DNA from: Gemmatimonadales bacterium
GTDB lineage: Bacteria > Gemmatimonadota > Gemmatimonadetes > Gemmatimonadales > GWC2-71-9
Reading direction: 5' to 3'
DNA: 64,000 nucleotides
NCBI GenBank assembly: GCA_965249575.1
Contig: OZ252244.1
Location: 256,001-320,000 of the forward strand
The position numbers and the translations under genes were made by a program. Positions 47,558 to 54,227 of the stretch are shown here, one piece after another. Numbering within the stretch: position 1 is the first letter of the stretch; every line of letters starts with the position of its first letter. The notes below the pieces were generated by a model. It worked only from the letters and a program-made list of their open reading frames with translations. It ran no database searches and was not told where the DNA came from.

Positions 47558-48822
47558 GCAAGCGCGCTCATTGTATCGAGGTTCGTGCGGGCAAGCTCGT
47601 GACGCGGGTTCAGTTCGAGCGCGGTCTTCCACAGCGCGCCGGCCAGGTCGCAGTCTTGCCGCTTGTAGGCGATGTTGCCGAGCTTGAAATACACATCGTC
47701 ACCCAGCTGAGGCTGGAGCTTTACCGCGCGCTGATACGCCTCCCACGCCTCTTCGTAGTCGCCGCGCCGATACAGCAGATCGCCGAGATTCTTCCAAGGC
47801 TGAGGCAATGAGGGTTCGTCGGCCAGCGCCGCGCGCACGATCTCTTCCGCCTGTTCGACGTCTCCCAGGATTTCCAAGAGCACGGCGAGGTTGTTTCGGA
47901 GCACCGCGTGCTTGGGGTAGGCTTCGAGCCCCTCACGGAGAATCGCCTCCGCGTCATCGAGCGCATCCTGCCCCGCCGCAGCGAGCGAGCGGGCCCAATA
48001 CCACAGGGCCGGAAGCTGCCTTTCCCCCGCGATTTCGCGTGCCCGGTCGAGTCGGCCGATCGCGACCTGAAATTCGTTCCGGGCCAGGCCGGCAATGCCC
48101 CACCCAATCATCACACGATAGTCATGCCGAGCCCGGGAGGCCGCTTCTCCGTATGCGGCCTCGGCTTCGTCGAGCCTGCCAACTTGCTCGTAGCTAAATG
48201 CGAGGTTGTGCAGTACCGACGCGCGCCCCCCAAGCCGTTGGATCTGTTGTTGTTCGTCCGTCAGTTGGACCTGCGAGGCCGCCAGCCGGTCCTTATCCAG
48301 CGCGAAGATCAACTCGAAGGAAGGGACTTTCTTTTCGATCAGGCTCCACTCGTCGATCCGCCGCGCACCCTCCAGGAGGAGAGACTCCGGGTTGATGGAA
48401 ACCAGGAAATCTTGCCGCTCAGGCTTGACGTCGGTTTCGAAGTTGAACGTGCCCTGTGTCCAGGTAAACAGGAAATAAACCGCCTCTTCGATCTGGCCCC
48501 GCATGCCGCTCTCCAAGTCGTCGCGTGTCACGGCGCCGTCGGAGATCAACAACTCGCCGAGGCGCTTGTCTCGATTTTCCCCCTGAAGCTGAACGGCTTG
48601 ATCGAGCTGTTCCTGCGTGATCTTGCCGTTCTTGACGAGCAGATCGCCGATCCGATCGCGCCGGTTCACGATCGAGGCGTAACAGATGCGCCCGCGATCG
48701 AAATAGATGTATCCGAAGCTGCTCCGATCTGCGACCGAAAGGCATCCGGTTTTCTGACCGAGCGCGAGCAATTGGAGCACGTCCGCCAGCGACGCTTCCT
48801 TGAGACTTCCCTTGATCGCCAC
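47554..48822 (-). CDS. DUF4388/PATAN domain with MshEN-like insert and TPRs
   Basis: GSLKEASLADVLQLL…KTGCL…IYFDRG, WTQGTFNF, LLLEGARRIDEW; C-terminal TPRs. Confidence 0.85.
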   Translation of the reverse strand: MAIKGSLKEASLADVLQLLALGQKTGCLSVADRSSFGYIYFDRGRICYASIVNRRDRIGDLLVKNGKITQEQLDQAVQLQGENRDKRLGELLISDGAVTRDDLESGMRGQIEEAVYFLFTWTQGTFNFETDVKPERQDFLVSINPESLLLEGARRIDEWSLIEKKVPSFELIFALDKDRLAASQVQLTDEQQQIQRLGGRASVLHNLAFSYEQVGRLDEAEAAYGEAASRARHDYRVMIGWGIAGLARNEFQVAIGRLDRAREIAGERQLPALWYWARSLAAAGQDALDDAEAILREGLEAYPKHAVLRNNLAVLLEILGDVEQAEEIVRAALADEPSLPQPWKNLGDLLYRRGDYEEAWEAYQRAVKLQPQLGDDVYFKLGNIAYKRQDCDLAGALWKTALELNPRHELARTNLDTMSALA

Positions 48823-50114
48823 TAGGAGAGCTCCTCAACGAGCCGCTCCTGAGGCTCCGGCCACCTCCACACCATCTTCTCCCGACTCCGGATTCCGCCC
48901 ATCGGAGCCGTCATCAGTCCGCTCGTCAGTCCGCTCGTCCGCACACCCACCGACGGCCGGCGCCTGGGCTCCGCAGCCCCTTCGAGTAGTTCCCGTGCCA
49001 GAGCCGCACTCGGAGGGACCTCCTTGGCTTCCGCCGACCGCAACACCCGCTGGACCAGCGCGAGCAAGCTTCGGACGGATTCCGCCGGCCGGTCGGCCAT
49101 GTAATTGACCAAATCCTCGTCCACGAGACCCAGGCGTTCCGTCAACTGCCCGGAGACGATGGCGAGCCGCAGGTCCCTATCTGGGGGAGGCAGTACTGCG
49201 AGCAAGCCCCCCTCCATTCGGGACACGAGGCGGTCGTTGAGGCCGTCCACCTCACGGGGCGGCTGCTTGAGCGTGAACACCATCTGGCGCTGGGAGTCGT
49301 GCAACAAGTTGAAGAGGTTGAACAACTCCTCCTGCGAGCGGACCTTGCCCGTGAGAAGATGCACGTCGTCCAGGAGGAACGCGGTCGCACGACGGTAACG
49401 CGATCGCCAGGCGTCGACTCGGTTGGCGTCAATGGCTTGCACCAACTCGTCCAGATAGTCCTGTGCCGATAGACACGCGACCAACGCCCCCGGGGCAACG
49501 GCGAGGGCATGTCCGATCCCGTGCAGGAGATGGGTCTTCCCCACCCCAGCCGGCCCGACCAGCACGAGTGGGTTGTACAGGCTCCCCGGTTGCTCCGCCA
49601 CCGCGCGGGCGCCGCTCAGCGCGAGCTTGTTCGACTCGCCGTCCACGAAGTCCTCAAACGCCCACGCCGTGGATGGCCCCGGGGGCGGTGTGAGTCCCTC
49701 CTTCGCTTGCTGGACCAGCTCCTCGGCCTCGGCGACGCGATCAGGATTGCGAAACACCGCGTCTCCGGCCGCGCCGGCATCGAGCCCGGCCATCTCCGTC
49801 TCGAGCTTCTGCAACCGTCCGACGTCGCGCTCGAACTCCTTGACCGAAGCCTCCGCTGCGCTCGAGGCTCCCTGATCGAGGACTTTCGAGAGACGCGCCG
49901 TCCGGTATCCCTCTCCCTCCCAGCGCATGATCGTTTCGCTGAGACGGACCTTCCATGATTCCACCTGCTGCGTCACCGTTTCCGTGACGTCGCTCATGAA
50001 CGCCGCAAACTCGTCGGCGGGCGCGTCCGCCGCCTGCGGGGCCAGGCTCGGCGCGGGTTCCGCTGGTGGCGCCGCACCCGGACCGGCATCGGCTTGCTCC
50101 TCCTCGCCCCCCAA
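48822..50114 (-). CDS. DnaA/Hda-like AAA+ protein, C-terminal module (probably one gene with 50120-50818)
   Basis: FEDFVDGESN, YNPL, GPAGVGKTHL, LLDDVH, DRLVSR, SVRSL; no domain IV HTH. Confidence 0.8.
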   Translation of the reverse strand: MGGEEEQADAGPGAAPPAEPAPSLAPQAADAPADEFAAFMSDVTETVTQQVESWKVRLSETIMRWEGEGYRTARLSKVLDQGASSAAEASVKEFERDVGRLQKLETEMAGLDAGAAGDAVFRNPDRVAEAEELVQQAKEGLTPPPGPSTAWAFEDFVDGESNKLALSGARAVAEQPGSLYNPLVLVGPAGVGKTHLLHGIGHALAVAPGALVACLSAQDYLDELVQAIDANRVDAWRSRYRRATAFLLDDVHLLTGKVRSQEELFNLFNLLHDSQRQMVFTLKQPPREVDGLNDRLVSRMEGGLLAVLPPPDRDLRLAIVSGQLTERLGLVDEDLVNYMADRPAESVRSLLALVQRVLRSAEAKEVPPSAALARELLEGAAEPRRRPSVGVRTSGLTSGLMTAPMGGIRSREKMVWRWPEPQERLVEELS

Positions 50115-50119
50115 AAGGG

Positions 50120-50818
50120 CTACGACCGCCTCCGGCGATACCGGCGTGTCGTCACCGCCTGGAACGCAAGGAGACGATTCAGAGCTCCGAGCAGCTCGCG
50201 CACGTTGCCGACCTCTATCCCGGCCACTGCCTCCAGGACTCCGTCACCGAACGTTCCACCGCGCTCGTCTGCCCGACGCCGGAGGATTGCAAGCCGGGTC
50301 TCGAACTCCGGCTGGCCGATATCCACCACGAGCCCGCCCGAGAACCGTGCGATGAGCCGCTCATCGAGATCTGCGATCTCACTGGGTGGGCGGTCACTGG
50401 CCAACACCATCTGCCGACCACTAGCTTGGAGCGCGTTGGTCAAACGCAGCAACTCCGCTTGCATTTCCTTCCGGTTGGCCAAGAAGTGCACGTCGTCCAC
50501 CAACAGGATGTCGACTTCCCCAAACCGGTGCCGGAACGCCTCGCTCTGACCGGCCGCGACGGCGGCGTGGAACGCTTCGACGAACTCCTCGAGAGTGAGG
50601 TACTCAACCGACAGGCTTGGCGTGACGTTCTTCGCATGCTGCCCGACGGCCATGAGCAGATGCGTTTTCCCAAGTCCGGTCGCGCTGTAAATGAACAGGG
50701 GGTTATAGGCCGTACCCGGCGACTCCGCGACCGCGCCGGCCGCTCGCACGGCCAGCCCGTTGTTGGCCCCGACGACGAAGCTATCGAAGCTGAACTTCGG
50801 ATTGAGGTCGACTGTCAC
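50120..50818 (-). CDS. DnaA-like AAA+ protein, N-terminal module (frameshift at ~50151)
   Basis: LNPKFSFDSFVVG, YNPLFIY, GLGKTHL, LLVDDVHF, SDRPP, ERLIARF, NVRELLGAL. Confidence 0.85.
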   Translation of the reverse strand: MTVDLNPKFSFDSFVVGANNGLAVRAAGAVAESPGTAYNPLFIYSATGLGKTHLLMAVGQHAKNVTPSLSVEYLTLEEFVEAFHAAVAAGQSEAFRHRFGEVDILLVDDVHFLANRKEMQAELLRLTNALQASGRQMVLASDRPPSEIADLDERLIARFSGGLVVDIGQPEFETRLAILRRRADERGGTFGDGVLEAVAGIEVGNVRELLGALNRLLAFQAVTTRRYRRRRS

Positions 50819-51414
50819 CTCGAGCCGTCCTCGCTGAGCTTGCGGAGCACCCGCTCCGAGATCCCCTTCAGGGTCTCGAACACGCCGCGCCCGCTGAGCG
50901 CATCGGCGCCAAAACTCGGCGCGTCACGGAAGTTGATCGCATCATCGAGCTCGGGCGGAGTGAGAACGAGCTCGCTCGGGAGATCCTGTTTGTTGTACTG
51001 GAGCACCAGCGGCATGGTGCGAGCATCGATTGACTGCTCGAGCAGATTCTCGTGTAGGTTCTGCAGACTCTCGATGTTCTCGTCCAGCTGACGGGCCTGG
51101 CTGTCGGCCACGAACACGACGCCGTCTGCTCCCTGCAAAACGAGTTTCCGGGTGGCGTTGTAGTAGACCTGGCCGGGTACCGCGTACAGCTGAAACCGAG
51201 TGGCGAATCCGGAGATGGACCCCAGATCGATCGGGAGGAAATCGAAAAAGAGTGTTCGATCTGTCTGGGTCGCGAGCGAGACCATGCGACCACGCCGCTG
51301 TTCAGGCACCCGGCCATAGATGTAGTTGAGATTACTCGTCTTTCCAGAGCGTCCCGGACCGTAGTAAACGATCTTGCAAGTGATTTCCCTGGTCGTGAAG
51401 TTGACGAGGGACAT
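50815..51414 (-). CDS. mglA: MglA-family small GTPase
   Basis: KIVYYGPGRSGKT, DRTLFFDF, VPGQVYY, GADGVVFVADS, NKQD. Confidence 0.93.
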   Translation of the reverse strand: MSLVNFTTREITCKIVYYGPGRSGKTSNLNYIYGRVPEQRRGRMVSLATQTDRTLFFDFLPIDLGSISGFATRFQLYAVPGQVYYNATRKLVLQGADGVVFVADSQARQLDENIESLQNLHENLLEQSIDARTMPLVLQYNKQDLPSELVLTPPELDDAINFRDAPSFGADALSGRGVFETLKGISERVLRKLSEDGSR

Positions 51415-51417
51415 GGC

Positions 51418-51888
51418 CTATCCACCGAAGAGGGTAGCGAGACTCTTGTTGAGCTCGCGCTCGAAGTCGGCCGCGAGCACCGGTTTCGAGGGCGTCTGGT
51501 CAGGACAGGCGGACGCGAGCTCGCGCGCGAACTCTTCGAAAAACAACTGGACGATCCCGATGGACGAGTCCGTCCCGTATACGACCAGCACCAGCAAAGG
51601 GCCTCTCGGCGTCGTCAGCCCGCCGAGGAAGATCCCGTGTCTCGAACCCTGGTGGTTGAGTACCCGGAAGCTCGATTGCTCCACCATCTTCGTGATTTCC
51701 GCCGTCGACGAGACGATGGCGGCTCCGAGCGCGGCGGCGGCCATGACGTCGACGGCGCGAGTGAAGCCGTGCTGTGCAAGCACCTGTCCGGCCGGCGTCA
51801 TCAGCAGCGTGAACCGCGCGCCCACCTCGGCGACGAAGCGCTCAACGGGCTTAATCGCCCAGGGCTCGACCGCTTTCGTGAGGCTCAC
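51418..51888 (-). CDS. mglB: MglB-like roadblock protein
   Basis: Roadblock pattern, C-terminal amphipathic helix (FERELNKSLATLF), immediately upstream of mglA. Confidence 0.7.
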   Translation of the reverse strand: MSLTKAVEPWAIKPVERFVAEVGARFTLLMTPAGQVLAQHGFTRAVDVMAAAALGAAIVSSTAEITKMVEQSSFRVLNHQGSRHGIFLGGLTTPRGPLLVLVVYGTDSSIGIVQLFFEEFARELASACPDQTPSKPVLAADFERELNKSLATLFGG

Positions 51889-52235
51889 ACAATCTCCTCG
51901 GCAGCCCGGAGCATCTCGAGCCGGACTAGCCCGATGTTCACTCGCGCGTCGGCTACCGCCACCACGAGCGTCCCATCCGCGGCGGGGACCGCTAGCACCG
52001 CCCCGTCACCGGCCTGGAGATGTACGAATTGAAGCAACCCCGCTCCCGCGGCCTCCACGGCACGGCGGAAGCGCAACACCAGGCTCGCGGTCAGTGCCGC
52101 GACGGCGTTGCCGCGGACGCCTTTCATGAGCGATTCGGCAATGATCAGCCCGTCCTCGCCCGCAACGAGAATCGCGCCGCGCACGCCGCGCACCCGCGTG
52201 ATGTTGTCGAGCACTCTCCGGTAACGACTCGTCAC
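51885..52235 (-). CDS. Roadblock/LC7 domain protein
   Basis: GVRGAILVAGEDGLII…VAAL…NIGLVRLEM. Confidence 0.85.
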   Translation of the reverse strand: MTSRYRRVLDNITRVRGVRGAILVAGEDGLIIAESLMKGVRGNAVAALTASLVLRFRRAVEAAGAGLLQFVHLQAGDGAVLAVPAADGTLVVAVADARVNIGLVRLEMLRAAEEIV

Positions 52236-53068
52236 AATCCCTGGGTCTCCAACCATGCGCGGGCCACTCCGGTCGCCTTTTCCGCGAGAATCGCCATCCG
52301 GCCCGAGGGCACCCCCCGGTCACGCGCGAGCAGCAACAGTGATCCGGCCGTCGGCTGCGTGAGGAACACATTGCCGTTGGCGCCCTCGGCAACCATCCAC
52401 TCCCACTGGCCCAGCTCAAGTAATCGGGTCGTACGGTCGACTTCTTGTGACACCCCACCGAGATGAGCCGCTACCTCGTCGCTCACGGGCGCTTGGGAAT
52501 CGTCGCGCAACTCGCCGCCCAGGACGCGTCCGCGCACGTCCGCCAAGAGCAGGCCATGCGAGGCTCCCTCCAGGCCCGCGAACAGGGTGGCCCCGTCGGC
52601 CCGTGGCGTCGCGCCCTCACCCGTATCGGACTGCACCAATGCATCCGCCACTTCAGCTGGGACGCCCTCAGCCGCCTCCCGCACCATAGTCAGCGCCTGC
52701 ACCACGCTCTTGTCCGTCGGGTCCGCGGCGAGTGCCAGCTCGAGGTGGTCCAGTGCTCCGTCGATGTCGCTCTTGCGGTAGTGCAGAAAGCCCAGGCCCT
52801 TGTGCGCGCCACCATGCCGCGCGTCGAGCGACAGTGCGGCATTCCATTCCCGCTCGGCACCGTCGAAGTCCCCCGCATCCGAGAGGACTCTGGCGTAGAG
52901 ATCGTGGGCGTCCGGGAGGTGACCGTGTGTCTCCACTCCGGACAGCGCGATCTTCGCGGCGGCATCGAGCTGCCCTTTCAGCCGCAGGGCCTCGCCCAGG
53001 CGGACAAATACCAGGCTCTCCGGATCCCGCGCCAACTCGGCGGTCATCGTTCTGATGTCGTCAGCCAT
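52232..53068 (-). CDS. TPR plus roadblock/LC7 fusion protein
   Basis: N-terminal TPRs; C-terminal LLLADVRGRVLGG…LELGQWE…VPSGRM roadblock-like domain. Confidence 0.75.
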   Translation of the reverse strand: MADDIRTMTAELARDPESLVFVRLGEALRLKGQLDAAAKIALSGVETHGHLPDAHDLYARVLSDAGDFDGAEREWNAALSLDARHGGAHKGLGFLHYRKSDIDGALDHLELALAADPTDKSVVQALTMVREAAEGVPAEVADALVQSDTGEGATPRADGATLFAGLEGASHGLLLADVRGRVLGGELRDDSQAPVSDEVAAHLGGVSQEVDRTTRLLELGQWEWMVAEGANGNVFLTQPTAGSLLLLARDRGVPSGRMAILAEKATGVARAWLETQGL

Positions 53069-54224
53069 GCGAATCCGTCAGGACGGTGGCGTCTTTCAGC
53101 ACCGCATTCAGTGTTCGCGCCGCGTCGATTGCCCGATGCACCCAGGCAACGGTCTCCTCGTCCTCCCCGGACTGCTCTGCGACCGCCAACCATCGCTGCC
53201 ACCATTCCACCGCCTCGGCAAGCTGCCCCTGTCTGACCAGCGACTCCGCGAGGAGCCGATGCGCGTCCGTCAGGAGCGGATCGACTCGGAGCGCCCTCCG
53301 CAGGCTTTCGGCACTCTCGGCCACCCGGCCGGCCGCGAGGTGGATGCGTCCCTGCAAGAAGTACAGCCCCGCGTCATGGGGGTGATTGCTCAAGCCCGCC
53401 TCCACTGTCCCGCGAGCCCCCTCGAGATCCCCCGCGTCGAGAGCGCGCTCGGCGCTTTCCAGAAGGGGCGTCAGATCGTCGCCGTCTCCCCTCCTGGCAG
53501 GTGGGCCGTCGCCCAGCGCCAGGATCCCCGCGCTCTCCAGCCCGAAGAGCGTCTTCGCGACGTCGAAGTCGGATCGTCCCAACAACGAAGCGAGCTGCCG
53601 CACGTCCCGAGCGCCATCGATCACCGCGAGCACCTCCCACTCCGGCGGCAGCAAGTCCAGTTGCCCCTCGGCACCGATCTCCGAGGCCGCCAGCGCCGGC
53701 ACCACCCCGAGATGCGGAATCTTCCGCTCGATCCGGGACCACTCGTCGATGCGACGCGCGCCTTCCATGAGGAGGGCTTCGGTCGTAATGCGCACAGTGG
53801 CATCGGCGGTGAGCGCCTCGACGGGCCCTTCAACGAAAGAAAAATAGCCTTCCCCCCAATTCATGACCTCGAAGATGACCTCCTCAATTTGAAATCTCAC
53901 CTGCCGATCCAGCTCGCGTCCCGTAATCGCGCCGATCGCGGTGAGAATCTCCCCGAGGCGGCGCGCGTCACCCCGTTGCTGCATGTCCCGAGCGCGGGTC
54001 AGATCCGCCTCGTCGATCTTACCCGCCCGGACCAGCAGGCCGCCGAGCGGATGTGGATTGCTCTGAATCTCCGCGTACTTGACGGCTCCATTGTCGAAGT
54101 ATACGCGTCCCTGGTTGCGCCGCAGTTCCGAGGTGATGCGGAGGACACCGGTCTTCCGGCTCAGATCGAGGAGCTGGAACACATCGTGAATCCCCAACTC
54201 CTTGAGAGGCCCCTCGATCGCCAT
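53061..54224 (-). CDS. DUF4388/PATAN domain with MshEN-like insert, winged-helix-like segment and TPRs
   Basis: GPLKELGIHDVFQLL…KTGVL, WGEGYFSF, LLMEGARRIDEW, IDGARDV; paralog of 47554-48822. Confidence 0.85.
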   Translation of the reverse strand: MAIEGPLKELGIHDVFQLLDLSRKTGVLRITSELRRNQGRVYFDNGAVKYAEIQSNPHPLGGLLVRAGKIDEADLTRARDMQQRGDARRLGEILTAIGAITGRELDRQVRFQIEEVIFEVMNWGEGYFSFVEGPVEALTADATVRITTEALLMEGARRIDEWSRIERKIPHLGVVPALAASEIGAEGQLDLLPPEWEVLAVIDGARDVRQLASLLGRSDFDVAKTLFGLESAGILALGDGPPARRGDGDDLTPLLESAERALDAGDLEGARGTVEAGLSNHPHDAGLYFLQGRIHLAAGRVAESAESLRRALRVDPLLTDAHRLLAESLVRQGQLAEAVEWWQRWLAVAEQSGEDEETVAWVHRAIDAARTLNAVLKDATVLTDSHG

Positions 54225-54227
54225 CGC

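Noticed and set aside
48914..48937. 12-bp tandem repeat TCAGTCCGCTCG x2
   Set aside because: In-frame duplication (TSGL x2) in a linker; only two copies.
50120..50160. Programmed -1 frameshift in the DnaA-like gene
   Set aside because: No slippery heptamer before the stop; a single-base deletion is simpler.
50120..50818. True dnaA/oriC region
   Set aside because: No domain I or IV, no dnaN, no AT-rich intergenic region and no DnaA-box cluster noticed.
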